Assembly (NCBI GenBank): GCA_035084275.1
Contig: CM068750.1
Coordinates: 8,122,001 to 8,186,000, forward strand
Reading direction: 5' to 3'
DNA length: 64,000 bases
Origin: Hydrolagus colliei
Lineage: Eukaryota
Below are positions 1 through 13,302 of the stretch, piece after piece. The notes under the pieces were generated by a model. That model made no database searches, had not been told where the DNA came from, and saw only the letters and a list, made by a program, of their open reading frames with translations. Numbering within the stretch: the first letter of the stretch is position 1; each line of letters begins with the position of its first letter. Made by a program: the position numbers and the translations under genes.

Positions 1-2830
1 TAATAAATGAAGGTTCACTGTCATGCACATTAGAAAACATAACCAATGCCTCTAAATGAATTTAAGGCACAAAATCCAATCTTAAGGCTCAAGCACCATT
101 CATAAAGCATACAAATGTTGTTCTTGCACTGTCTGATGTTCTCTGAGCCCCTGGATTGGATTACTACCTTGTAATTTACTCAGAGCTGTCAATTCTTCTT
201 TGTATGGAAACAAACCTCTGTATCTTGACTGCCCTGAAAGTTTTTCAGAATGCAATTCGTCATAAAGGGTAGGATTTCTAAACTAGCCTAATTCAGTATG
301 CTGTGCTGCCAAAGAGATTGGTTTAACACCAAATTTAGTTTTGATAATAAATAAATTCATCGCCCAGCGATTTTGTGCTTCACAATATTTTCAGCTCATT
401 GTATGTGCTGTGTCCTATCCAAGCTATCACAAGCACATCAGCAACATGGATCTCAGGGCAGGATAAGGGAACTTTATTCTTTGCTTTGCACATAGTGACT
501 GTGTCTAGCATGACTGGTTCAGACATACAGTTAGCCAGAATCACTTGAGAGTTCCTCGTACATCAGCCTGATAATGCGCCATGACCACAGACTCTGCTGC
601 CTATTTCCTGTGACTGGGCTTGCTTAAGTAGAGCAAAGTCGTGCTGCGAACAGCTTTGCTCAGTCTGCTTGCCTGAACTTTGAGCTGGAGAATTTTTTAA
701 TTCAGTTAATGTGAACGTGTTTCCAGCAGCTGAGGGAAGAGACCTTCGCCCCATCTGTTCAGTACAGCTCCGATTCCAGCAATGAAAGGGCATTGATGTG
801 ATATACTACATCCCTCACTTTCCTGTTCATTACCACAAGCTACACAAACTCTGAGCAGTGCCTCAAGGTATTGAGCGGTCATTGTATGATCAAGATGTTA
901 TGACCTCAATGTCATATTGAGCGAGATGTGTGTGCTTGCTGCCAGTGTAAGCAAATCCTTGTCGATCGCAAACGATCTCTTTGAGTAGGCATATTTTCTG
1001 TTGGTACTGTTGCACAGCTCTTATGGCTGCAATGAAGAAGGTGCATTGCCAAAGAGGGAGAAAATCTGTAGCCACCATGTGCAATGGAGGAAAACTCAAA
1101 ATATTTTATTAAATACTCTAAATGTCATTCAGATACATTGTTGAAAACTTGCCCCACTTAGAATCCCTTTGAACTCTGAACTCTAAGTGACAATTGGTTG
1201 AAGTGTTTTAATAGATTAGCAATCACAGCACTCCTTTAGATGCAATTCCCAGCCTAGAAATAACCTGACTCTTCTCATAATAATAAATGTACAGCAGTTC
1301 TTCCCTGACAAGAGGGGTGTGTCTTCATGTCCCTTTGCACCTTAAGCCACTGCTCACCATATGCTCACCATACGCCCTCCAAACCAGACAACATGATATG
1401 CCATCAAATCCCAAATATTGAAAAGCACAAAGTGTAGGATGCCCTCGTGTGGCCCTGTCTGAAAGTGCAGCATCGCTGAGATTCCCCTAACGTGGGTTCA
1501 AATGACATCCACTCTGATGGTTGACGCTGGTCCTGCATTGAACCAGGCTACCAATGAAAATCGTTGCGTGAGGATTCACCACCTGGCTGCCTCTGAACCT
1601 TGGCTGCCAACAATCTGTAGCCATGCTTGGCGATGTCCAAACTCATCAAAGCACACATTTGTTGCACGCATCTCATTGAAGCTACAGCTGAGTAGCCATA
1701 GGAGATGTGCAGTCAGGTGCAAGCAGTAATTCAGAGACAGAATGATTGAAGGGTGATTCCCTGACTATGATCAAGCAGATTGGGTTTAGTCACAAACCCA
1801 CTGTGCGCACACATACACACCTTCTTCACTTTTAGTGATACTTTTGTTTTGCACCATCTTGCCAATGAATAGGCAGCACAGAGCTGAATAGCGGGGACAA
1901 GATTCACATTTACATTTCTCAGTGAAGCGAGTTTGTATCTTTCCCAGATGAATTGCTTTCAAGATTTCTTGAATGTAAAGTGAAAGAGAAAGGAAAGTTG
2001 CTTTAGAAATCACTGGCCTGTACGTTTTGGCAGTTTCTAGTTTGATTGTTACATTGTAAACCAACCTTAAGCTTGCTAAAGGACTAACCAGATACTGTAT
2101 GTGGTTATCAAATATGCTGCTGTAATTCAATTGCAGGCAGATCTGGCATTTTATGCATGTTTTTTTCATCTTTTCCTCAGTTGCCAGCATTACTTCATTC
2201 TAGGCAGTTATGCCAACTGTCATTTTCTCTTTTCCTGTCTTCTCCCCTCTTCATCTTTTTCCTCATGCTGAGATCAGTTCCTTAAGTAACTCAAATACCC
2301 AATGAGCAAGTACATTGTGGACTGTATTCAATTGTCCCCATGATATGCCATCAAATCCCAGGACAGACTTGAGACGAATCTTCTCCATACAATTCAATGC
2401 TATTCAGGCGCAGCGTCACTGTAGAGTTTGCCATTTTGGTTAGGCATTTTGCAAAGTTCTCCCCTCCTTTGCTAAACTACGACCCTTTGCCAAATTGTAG
2501 TTTCAAATTGGAACTGCTACTGTGACGATTGATTGTACCATAACCAAAACTTGTATAATCCGGATTGGCATATTGATAGGTTGGAGGAACTATGAAGCTC
2601 TGGAATTTAGTCTCCTGGATCAAGACTCTCAGATACATTTTCATTTCCCCTTCAATATCAGCAGTCATAGAAAATGAAACTTGCAATCTCTAGTCTCAGC
2701 CAACTAAATCCTGGAAAGCAAGGGACGAAGCTCCAACTAATCCGCTGTGACACATCAATGCCCAATGCTTGCAGTTGTTGTTTGAAGCTGCTGTTCAATC
2801 CTTCTTTCTGTTTCCTTGCCTTTTCTTTAG

Positions 2831-2945
2831 GTCCATCATGATCGACTTGTACGACCTCAGTCAAACTGATGGGGCTGATGGATGGAGAGAAAAAGAGGCC
2901 AAAGACATGACTGATCTTGTTCAGCGCAGAATCACACATGTGCAG
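2831..2945 (+). CDS. FUT8: FUT8 internal coding exon (coiled-coil stem region), first FUT8 exon in this window
   Basis: Polypyrimidine acceptor ttttctttag|G and donor CAG|gtattg. The 115 nt translate (R)[38 protein letters not shown], matching vertebrate FUT8 [39 protein letters not shown]. Ends in phase 0. Confidence 0.96.
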
Positions 2946-5585
2946 GTATTGCTTGTTTAACATAGAGCAGAGATCTGTTATTTAGTTGCATGTTGATTTA
3001 AAATCATTTTTTTTAAATGCATAATAATCTTTATGTTTCATATTAAGCCTTAGATGTCAGGAGGACATCTCAAAGCACTTTACAGAATTTATTCTAAAGT
3101 GACTGCAGCTTGTCACAGCTTGTGGTCTGTAATTTGTTATATTATTGTACGCATCAGTGAAGCCCACTGGATTTCACAGGAAAGTTAAAATATCTTCTCC
3201 CAACAATTTGTTGGATAACATACGGTTTTGACGGAGAGATGTGAAGTTATTCCACTGCCCAACAGGTTAATGGGATTGGGCTTTGATATATTTTATTTCT
3301 GTGGCATTAAGTTTTAAAAAGTGAGTAGGAAGTAAGTTGCTGTCGATGAAATGAAGTTAATTGAAGACTTGCAAATCAGCATGCGATCGAATGAATTTGG
3401 GGAATTTTTTTTAACTTTATGTCCTTTGAAAGCTTTAGTATGTTCTGCAGACCATCCAAATGTTCTGTTGAAATCATCAAGGTATTACTGATGCAATCAA
3501 AGTGCACTATGTGAGTGTGAGAAAGAGGAAAGACCACTCTTTTTAGCTGTTCATGAACAATTTGCACCTCCCAGGGCTCCTTATAATAACTGATGAAATC
3601 TCTAGGGTTTACTAACAAAGCTGAGTTTCACAGAATGGGTGATTACTAGTTTTTCTCTGAATGACCAATCTAACCCAGACTCATGGAATGAAAGCGTTTT
3701 GGATGCTTTTCTACCATTGGAATAAATGATTGGAATAAAGTATTGCTCCAGATGCCAGCCACAGATTAAGTAAATAACACAGCAATGTTAATAAGGAAGG
3801 TAGAATTGAGTAAAGCTATTGTAAACCAAATAGTTAATAGTAGAGTTGGGATGCAACACCCATGGAAAGTTCTTAAAAAATACAAGGTGGAAAACAGTTA
3901 ATAAATATCTATGAGCAATGTTTATGTCTAATGTGAAGTCAAATACCAAGGTGAACTGTATTGTTCACTTGGGATCTATTTACATATTTCCAATAGAGTT
4001 AGATAATGATACTGCAGACATTAGATATCAGAAAGTATCTAAATGGAAATGTTATTACAGTAAAGTCAAAATCAATGCCTTATATTCATTACACAGCCTC
4101 ATTGTTTACATGAAGCTTATGTTTTGTTTAATTTTATCTGACAGTGAAAGAAGAAGCGCCCATGCAAAGTTAGAGAGTTGTACAGTTCTGACTTGCAATT
4201 CTATCGTGGGCGTGCCACTTCACTAACGAACGCAGCAGAGCAGTGAGTGGTCAGGGACTGAGTCAGTGATTGAGATTGGATCCCATCCAAGGCAGCACAG
4301 TAAGGAGAAGACAGGCAGTCCCCTCGAGGTGAACAATAGGAGCCAAAAGGAAAGATGATCAAGCTGAGGGACGTGTGGAGAACAGGATTTGCACTGTACT
4401 GAGTCATTTATAATTAAAATGTGATGCTGCTCGAAAAGTGAAGTTTAGGTTAAATGATCAATGTTTGGCTTTCATCAAACTACAGAAACCTGAACTTTGG
4501 ATTTATTTTGCAAACTTGAAGCCAAAGTCTTTGCAACAGAACAACATTGCTATCCCTCTACTCCCCCCAACCCCACACACATCCTTATTGGAATATCGGT
4601 GAGCAATGAGCGTGTAATTGATTTTAAACAACCATATTTTGTTGCTGGAACACTGTTCCAGCAGTAAACAGCAGTAGTTATAATGGGAGCATTTGTAAAA
4701 TGACATTGTGCATGTGTACAAGGAGACATTTGTTCACTTAATTTCTTATTTTAGTGAGATGCTTGAAAAACAATTGCATAGAAGGGTGTGGAAAACAAAA
4801 CTATGGGAATGTAAAAGAAAGACCATATAATAAACTGGCTAAAACAGACTTGATGGGCTGAATGGTCTAATCCTGTCTCTGTATTCCAAGAGGAAAATGT
4901 CACAAATTTAAGTTGTTGGTCTGATTGAAGTGAATGTGTTTTTTGAATTGAATGCAATATCACAATCTGAAATCACCAGCATAATGTGCCTACACTTTAA
5001 TATTAAAAACATACAATAGGCCCACTAGGCAATACATTTTCCTGACTATTGGGCTATTGTAAGTGTAAATCTTATCATTGCAGTGCTCGAGGGAAGCGAG
5101 AGCATTCTTAATACTTGAAAACTCCTGGAACACAGCCATTTGATATGTAACAATGCAAAGGGTTATCTTCCAGATTGCAAATGGAATACCGTTTTGGTGG
5201 ATATTTGATTGGGTTGGCGTTTAATTCATTATAAAAACTTGCATTCTGTGCAAATGTCATTGAATCATAGAAAAGTTTAAAAAGCTTGCAGCGCGGAAAG
5301 ACATCTTTCAGCTCATCGTGTCAGAACTTTACAATGCAAATTGTAAAATGGATTATATGAGAAATAGAAGATGTGCTTTGGGGATAAGGAAGGCTTTGCT
5401 TTCACTCTTATGAATTAAGTCATTTTACAGATGGATTGAGTAGCTCCAACTTGCTCCAGTGACAGTGGTTGAATGACCTTGTGGTTTGAATGGATCTTTC
5501 CCTGATCACTGTTTGAAACAAGACATTTCTCTGCGAAAGGGAGGAAACAACTTCTTTACTCAAATAACATATACAGTGTATGTAT

Positions 5586-5937
5586 ATAATCCTTGTATTT
5601 GATGTAGTGCCTTATGACATCTTCAAGAATTCGCAAATCGCTTCACAGAATATACTGTAAATTGAATTGTGTGTATATTTTGTGGGTGAAACGCAGCAGC
5701 CAATAGCACACAGCAGTGTCCCACAAGCAGTTGTGGATTGAATGACCCATTTTTTTAAGGAATCATTACCCTGAGAAAAGTAATTTGCGAATTGACAAAC
5801 AACCGGAATCCTAATTACTGCTAGGTAAACAGAGGTGTATGGAGTAAGGAAACTTGCCCAATGTTTCGTCCTGCCGGGAATCAAACCCAGCACTCTCACT
5901 TGCAAGGCGAGTACTTCAACCACTTAGCTACAGGACT
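5586..5937 (-). mobile_element. Near full-length tRNA-headed Deu-domain SINE
   Basis: On the minus strand: tRNA-like head (TAGCTAAGTGG A-box-like, GGTTTGATTCCC B-box-like), Deu-like core (TGTGGGACACTGCTGTGTGCTATTGGCTGCTGCGTTTC) and an L2-like tail ending AAGGATTAT. Similar copies lie at 25164, 31910 and 43027. Confidence 0.85.
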
Positions 5938-6824
5938 ATACAAGACTCCAAGAGATGATTTGGACTGCTGGAAATTAGGCAAAGTCCACATTTATATCAA
6001 AAATCAGTTTGCAGCCTGATGGAATGTTTTTAGAGAATATATGATAACTTGGAAAATAGGCCTCTTGTGCTTCCCACACAAACGTCAAAGCTTGGGTCAA
6101 GTTAGTACTTTTAAAGCTGTGGGTTTCAATCACTGAGATTTTACCAGAGGCCATATTGAGGCAGCAGCATCATCCTTAGTATTGGGATCAGATTTAAAAG
6201 CCTGACTACGGAGGTCAAGTCAGTGCAACCTGTCTTCCAGACAAGCCGCCGTCACTCACAGATTTCATTGCCAGGGCAACAGGCATGGGAAAGAAGAGTG
6301 TTCCACTTGGTGAGCTGTGATTTAGTTCATACAGTAGCTAACAACTTTTCTTTATCGGAGCACCTTTACTCCCTGAACTCCATTGACATCCACTATTGGA
6401 TTCTACTGAATCTCTATTACTTGTTTGATAAGAATCCTGAGAGCCTTCCTGCATTTAAGAGGCTAGAATGTTTGTGCCAATTGAATGTTTCCTCTCAATT
6501 GCAGAAAAATGCAGCTTTTCAACCCTGGTTAAGCTGTCTGTTTTGCATTTTCTAGCTCTTTCATTTGTTCCACTGCTATTTGTAGGTCTATCCCTATCTC
6601 TCCAATAATTTTCTCTTTTGTTGTCTACACAGCCATTTATCTAATCAAATAACTTGTGGCCTCAGTGGACACCAACCATTGACCCTCTTAAAAAGTTTCT
6701 TCCTACAATCTGTGTCACCTCAATTGCTGTTGTCTTTGGTCTATTCTTAATGCGAGCAAAGAAGATCAAAAAGAACATATTTTTTATTTTGCTTCAATAA
6801 ATGCAGTTAGTAAAATATGACAGT

Positions 6825-6965
6825 TTGCGTGAGCAGTGTTCCACAAACAACCATGAAGTGAATGTCCAATTTTATTTGGGGGATTATTGCCAGGACACCA
6901 GGGGAAACTCCACTTGTTTTTCCAAGTTGTGCCATTACATCTTTAACGTCCACCTGAATGAGCAA
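6825..6965 (-). mobile_element. Degenerate Deu-SINE (SacSINE1/AmnSINE1-like) fragment
   Basis: Contains ccacaaacaaccatgaagtgaatg...caggacaccaggggaaactc...catctttaacgtccacctga, shared with the copies near 23880-24350 and 44655-44965. Confidence 0.6.
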
Positions 6966-7254
6966 GGTACTGCAAGGTACTAACTCTAATCCTAATCCTT
7001 TGAAGTTGTTGAATAATCTTCATTTGTGAATTCAGTTTAAGAGTGTTTCAAACACTGAAAATCATTTGATGTCACAAGCATGGAGTTTGGGTATAAATGC
7101 AAGGCAATGGGGGCACTTTTAGCAGTGGCACAATTGTTTTTATATTCATGGGGAAATTAAGATAGCAGCAAAAATATTTATTGAAAAACTTAAATAGCAA
7201 TTAAACTCTGAGATCGACCTGATGAATTTTATCCAAATGAAAGTAGAACCAGGG

Positions 7255-7585
7255 CAGAATCAGAAGCTTGTAAAGTAGCAAATGTTATTCCTGCTTTATT
7301 CTCTTTCCCGAAACCAATTTTTAAATCAGCAATTAAAATTGATTTGAAAAGAATAAGTCAATAATTGTAAGACAAATGGTCTGAGAAAGACGAGTTGTGC
7401 CAAACAAATGTTATGAGGTCTTCGAGGCTGTAACCAAATTGATGGATGCTAGGAATGTGGCTGACAATAGATCTCTTAACTTTCTAAAAAGTGCTTAATA
7501 AAGTGTCTCGCAAGAGACTTACATAGAATTAAATAGAATATACAGCACAGAAACAGGGCACTCAGCCCAACTAGTCTATGCTTTT
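7255..7585. mobile_element. Degenerate CR1 LINE fragments (RT region on +, then a CR1-like 3' end on -)
   Basis: Decayed RT motifs resembling SCLTNL..F.EVT..MD.G..VD.IYLDF.KAFDKV.HKRL at about 7390-7520, followed by atagaa...tacagcacagaaacagg...cagccc, typical of a CR1 3' terminus in reverse. Confidence 0.55.
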
Positions 7586-7611
7586 TTTGGAGGGATTGTT
7601 ATTAGGCATGT

Positions 7612-7721
7612 TTATGGAGTAAGGAAATGTGCCCAAGGTTTTGCCCTGATCTGCCTGGATTCGAACACAGGTCTCACACTGGTAAGGCGAGTGCTCTAAC
7701 CACTGAGTTACAGGTCCTCCA
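7612..7721 (-). mobile_element. SINE tRNA-derived head fragment
   Basis: ggagtaaggaaa...ggattcgaacacaggtctcacac...aaggcgagtgctctaaccactgagttacagg, homologous to the head of the 5586-5937 element. Confidence 0.75.
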
Positions 7722-8494
7722 CAGTCAGAGGTACGTTTCTAAAGAAGCAGTTTGAAAGCAAAAGAGGGAGAGTGCGAGGTGAAGGGATTTTGAAGGGTTT
7801 ATAGTGGATATGCAGTGACTCGAAAGCCTGTGGGGGGTTTTTTGGTGTGTGGTGGGGAGATGAATCATTTTGTTTTAGATGAATGGTTATAATAATATAA
7901 TAGGAATAATCTCGCAGATCCCGGTATCAGTTAAATTGAACGGTCTATACAATAAAGGAGAAACTTCTGAATTAGATAATGAATTGGATAGTTAATATCC
8001 GATTGAAACAAGTGGTTAATTCAAGGTGGCAGTGACAATTCTGCAGCTTGAAGAAAGTTTATCTTTGTAGAAAAGTGAAAACTACTTTAGCAACGTAAGC
8101 AACATATGAAATAGTCTTCAAATATTTTTTTCTCCTGGTTGATGTAGTGAGCTCCTCAAAGTAGGAATGTTCTAAGACAGCCCATTTATAGAATGTTGAT
8201 TGACTTATTGAGTGCTTGAGGGATATTTATGGTGATCTGCTAAAAAATATTTATTGCTGCTATTACCAGTCGAAGGTCATTCATTTAGCAGAATGAAGAT
8301 GTTTTTATGAACTAGTTTTCTGGAGCCATGAACTTGAAATTAAATTGGAATATATAAGGAGACCAAAAATCAATGATTTGTTCATCCTGAACAAGCCATA
8401 AAGGCTCAAGCTCTCAAGTAGTAGATGGCTATGCTTATAAATATTTAATGAAGCAACACTATACTGAGAGACGGCCTGTCTATCCACCAGCCTA

Positions 8495-8790
8495 AACTTC
8501 CTCTTTTAGGAATGAGTTGGTTTCCTGTATGTTATAGGGGTAGGTGGGATTTAAAGATAGAGTAGGGATGAGGCAGAGGTATAGAGGTAGGGAGTTCCAG
8601 AGGTTAGGGGAATAATGACTGAAGGTAGACCACCGATGGTTTGGTGTAGAGGGGGCAGGAATGCACACCAGGTCTGTGTTTGCTGAGTGGAAGGCTTGGC
8701 AGAAGATTGGGAGTAGGAGCAGATCAGATGGATGGCAAGGTGCTAGGATGTGAAGGGATATATGTATTTGTTTTAGTATCCCAAGACAGA
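8495..8790 (-). mobile_element. L2 LINE 3' fragment
   Basis: ORF 8492..8878(-) includes LHILAPCHPSDLL...FHSANTDLVCIP...FSHYSPNLWNSLP, the conserved L2 ORF2 C-terminus, homologous to 26141-26731. Confidence 0.75.
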
Positions 8791-8816
8791 GTGGTTTACT
8801 TCTAGTATTAATCCTT

Positions 8817-8920
8817 ATAATAATAATAATCCTTGCATTTGATATAAGACATTGTCTCACGTTTTTGAGATGTCTCAAAGCACTTCACAGAATATACTGC
8901 AAAGTGAACTGACTGTATTA
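8817..8920 (-). mobile_element. SINE 3' tail fragment
   Basis: (TAA)n tail followed by tccttgcatttgatata...gagatgtctcaaagcacttcacagaatatactg, the shared SINE tail. Confidence 0.75.
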
Positions 8921-10784
8921 TGTGTTTACTGAAATAAATGGATGGTCAAAATAGTACCTGGGCTATTGACACATCTGCACAGTTCAACAGATTGTACAAA
9001 TCCCTGTGATGGTCACCATACATTAATATTGATGCAGCTGCTTTTGGGTTATATTACACTTGATCATTCTCAATTGTTGTACAAACCACGCTACAAATTG
9101 GATTGTTTGAGGCTGTTTTTCTATACACTTGTATTAAGGATCACTTTCCTTTGATGTGAACTGCTATGCTGTAATAATCATCACAGCATTTGAATTGATG
9201 AACAGTTTGTTCAACACAGGATTCCCAATCTCTTTGAAGTGTTTGTTGACCGTATCTCTTGCATGCGCTATATTTTCTTGAAAGGGACCTGAGAATTCAT
9301 TGCAACTTCATGGTCGATTGAATATAAAAATTGTGTTTTGACTGGTGTGAATTTCCACTTAAGTTGAATGCAACTAGCGGCTAATTATAGATATATTAGA
9401 CCGTAGCTCTTCACCAATGAATGGTGTTGAGACATACACCAGTTGTGTGCCAACATCACAGGAACCTGGAGCTAACTGTTGCTGATTTGTATCTACGATT
9501 TCCTGTGCAGTGAAACATCTGATCTCAGCCAGGTGCTTGTCCCACGTTTATCAGATAGAGAGAGAAAAAAGATACAAGGCTCAGAGACCCATTAAGTCTA
9601 TTTCCACAAGAACCTGTTTAATCCTTTAGGAATTTAAACATTTTGTAGATATTTTGAAATCTGTTTCATTTTCATGCCATATCTCTGAATTCAACATGTT
9701 AAAATTGCTTTGAAGGTAATGGCAAATTTCACAGATCTTTATTGAATGTATTGCACGGCAGCTGAAGTGATTCTATGCTGTAAACGCTACACATTTGTAT
9801 AAATTGAGTGAAATGTTTGCAACAGTGTACAGATGCTCTGAATTCCATTGTGGTGCAAGCCTGGCAGCATCAGAGCCCCAGTAATGATGTTCTGTGTGAA
9901 CCCAGCAGTTTCATTGGCAAGTGAGGAACTAACAGAGCATTGAAGCTAGGTGGATTAATTGACCAGCAACACTTCAGTTAAAGAGGCTGGAATGCTGAGA
10001 CTAGCTTAATGAACATGCTCACTCTCCCTGAAGACTGAGTGGATGAATTTGATTTGCACTGAAAGCTTATTAGTCAGGGAATGGGAATAAAGGTTACCTA
10101 GTGGGAGATGGTGCTCATGTACAAGATATAATAATGAAATAGGAGTGGGGAGAAAATGCTTTGCAGAAAGACCTTAGACTTAATAAAGCAAGTTATAGGC
10201 ACATCACAGGGATGGTTTATCTCTTCAAAGCAGGCTTAGCATTCAGGTATTGATAACAGCCCTTAGTTCGAAATGGCGTTTTGCATTCTTTTTCTCTATT
10301 AGAAAGATATGAAGCTGATTTGCTTGTGGCAGTGTGGATATTGCGCTTGGCTGCCTTGCCTTGCACTGAAGCTGCTGGAAATGAGTTGGGGACAAATAAG
10401 CAAACCGAGTGTTATATTCAGCACCAATAAGAAATGGAGCTTGTGAGCAAAGCAAGCCAAGGTTTTGTTGCAGAGATGTGAAAGGCAAATGTGTGATTGT
10501 GGGTTGAGTGTTGTGCTGCTCGCTTGTCATTAAAAAAGAGCAATTAACTAATTCCACTGACGCAGCTCACAAAAGGAAGAAAATTCATCTGCGCTGATTG
10601 ACAGTCGTGCAATTCTGCTTATACTGTTTGTTATTTATTATTCATTAAAAGCGGAGCATTATGATACTGATGTATGGTGTGTGATGTGTATTTGGAACAA
10701 CAAATTAATTTTTTGTCTTTGCGTTTGGCCAGATTAATTTTCAAAACATGAAAATTGCAGAAGAAAAACTTTTCACTGTAACAT

Positions 10785-10950
10785 ATAATAATAATCCTTG
10801 CATTTTGATATAGTGCTTTTCACATATTCTAGACGTCACAAAGTGCTTCATAGAATAAACTGTAAAGTAAATTGACTGTATATTTGTGAGAAAAATGTGG
10901 CAGCCAGTTACACGTAGCAGTGTCCAACCAACAGTCGTGGATTGAAGTGA
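10785..10950 (-). mobile_element. 5'-truncated Deu-SINE (tail plus Deu core)
   Basis: ataataataatccttgcatttt...aaagtgcttcatagaata...ggcagcca...cagtcgtggattga, same family as 5586-5937. Confidence 0.75.
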
Positions 10951-11976
10951 TCAATTTATTGCAGCCACGTTAACCATCTTTAAGACCAGTGCAAAAGTAT
11001 TCTATGTTATTTTACAAAGCTAGATGTCTCAAATACTGTCTCCTCCAACTACCTTTACTTCAAAAAAGTTGAGAATTATACCATGTGACTGCTGGTGATG
11101 AAGTGAAACCTCATTGGTTTACTGACTGTAGATTATTACAGGACAGGACCCAAAAGTACTGTCCTGTTGTGTTATTCCATGAAGCAGAGTAGCTGTTAGG
11201 AAGGGGCACAGCTGTGAAAGCCATCTGCTGCTGTGAAGAACCTGACCCAGGAGATAAACTGGACCGACTGCAACAGTGTGTGACTTCACATCTCGTCTAA
11301 TGTTTGCCTGAGTGAGCTTCAAGATAGAGATGGATATCTCAGTGACCATTTTTTCGGAACTCCAGAGTCTGTTTCAGCTGGGGGCTCTCATTTCAATGCA
11401 CATGAGGGCTTTGACAGCCTATTTATTCTACATTTATTCTGTCATAGTCTTGCATTCCATCATTGATCTGCACAAGTTTAATACAGTACATTGCTTTGAA
11501 ATATATATTTTTTCATTTTGTAATGGGACGGTGGTCTCAGCAGCAAGACTACAGTTTGAATGAAACCCACAGTGTCATCTCAACAAAAAAGGGACCTGGA
11601 TCTGATTTTAAGCTGTTTTATAACTGTGTGGTGCAGGCTATTTTGGCATGAGATGCTCATCAAAAGCTTCATTGTTATGCCTCGTGGTATTTTTTAAATA
11701 ATGTAACTGCTCCCCAAATAAATTTGTTCAGTTTCAATCACTCCAAGTCTGGAAGTAGGGGACTGTGCAGTGGGGGAGTGCAGGAGGTGATTTTTTGTTG
11801 TGCTTTTTTGCAGCACAGTGTTGCCTTATTACTAAATCGGAAGTGATGTGACTACTCATGGAAACAGGCTATTAGAAGTTCACTAAAAGTAAGCTGTCAG
11901 TGTGAAGCTGTTATCAGCAAAATATTGTAATCATCTAAGTGCTGGGAACATCTTCAGGGCATTTGGATATAAGTGA

Positions 11977-12070
11977 CAAACGAAAACAGAAATTGCTGGG
12001 AACACTCAGCAGGTCAGGCAGCATCTATGGAGAAAGGAAAGTGAGTTAATGTTTCGGGTCGATAACCTGA
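11977..12070 (-). mobile_element. Short Penelope-like element terminus with a 10-bp target-site duplication
   Basis: aacagaaattgctgggaacactcagcaggtcaggcagcatctatggagaaagg...gttaatgtttcgggtc is shared with the copies at 24026, 56090 and 57683. It is flanked by ATATAAGTGA at 11967-11976 and 12071-12080. Confidence 0.7.
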
Positions 12071-12936
12071 ATATAAGTGAAAACTAGTTAACCCTGTGTA
12101 ACTCATTGGAAAAGGCACATTTGAAATGAATGCATGTGAGTTTGGGAACCCTCTCCTGAAAAAAATAGAACAGATTCTCAGCAGTCAAAAAAGTTATTGA
12201 AAAGGTTTTTGCAAACATGTTAATACTAGCTTTTATCATAAGAATAATGCTGACTGTCAGGAAAGACATCATGGAGTGTAAGAGAAGTCTGCTACCACCT
12301 CCCGAGCAACAAGACCAACATTCAAATCTTGGTTTGCCTTAGATTTTAAAGAGAGTTAAGGGTTGTTTATGGGGGAAATAAGTTTCTGTCACAGAAGACA
12401 AAACAAGCTTCTTGAAATGAAGAAGCTTTAAGTTTGGTTTGAAATCAATTCAAAGGACGTAGACAGGTCCAGGGTATCATCAGTTAAATTGTAATTAAGA
12501 ATGAACCCATCAAGTCTAGAAGGTATGAGCTAGTGGTTCAATTCAGGGACAAAGTCGAAATAAGCAAGTTGAAAGCAGCGAGATTTTTAAATGCTTCAAG
12601 CTAAGACATGGAAGTGATCGAAGTTTAGTGATTCAGCCATTTCCTCTTTTTATCTGTTTTTTTCCCCGCACCCACCGCCAAAACATATCCCATCTTCCAG
12701 CACTTCTCTTGAGTGGATTCAGAGTGTAGAACATTTTGTCATGAGCATCATTTCTTTATTTTGCATTCACAACCATTGTTATTGCGGCCCACCACCAAAC
12801 TGTTCTGTCATTAAGTGCATTTTGTCAACCAATTTTGTTTCATTTCTGAGATTTTAAAACCTGCACGAAAACTGTGATGGCTTTTACTTGCCGAGAATTC
12901 TTGTGTACGCAGCAGGTCAGAGAATATGCTATGTGA

Positions 12937-13302
<366 letters not shown>

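Noticed and set aside
5840-5937. tRNA-like sequences with A/B boxes (also at about 7640-7720, 25460-25527, 31910-31975 and 43130-43207)
   Set aside because: These are SINE heads continuous with a Deu core and L2-type tail. No complete cloverleaf is present, so they are not tRNA genes.
6267-6280. RFX X-box-like ATTGCCAGGGCAAC (and ETS-like CGGAAGTG near 11838)
   Set aside because: Isolated motif matches without a CpG island or other promoter evidence.
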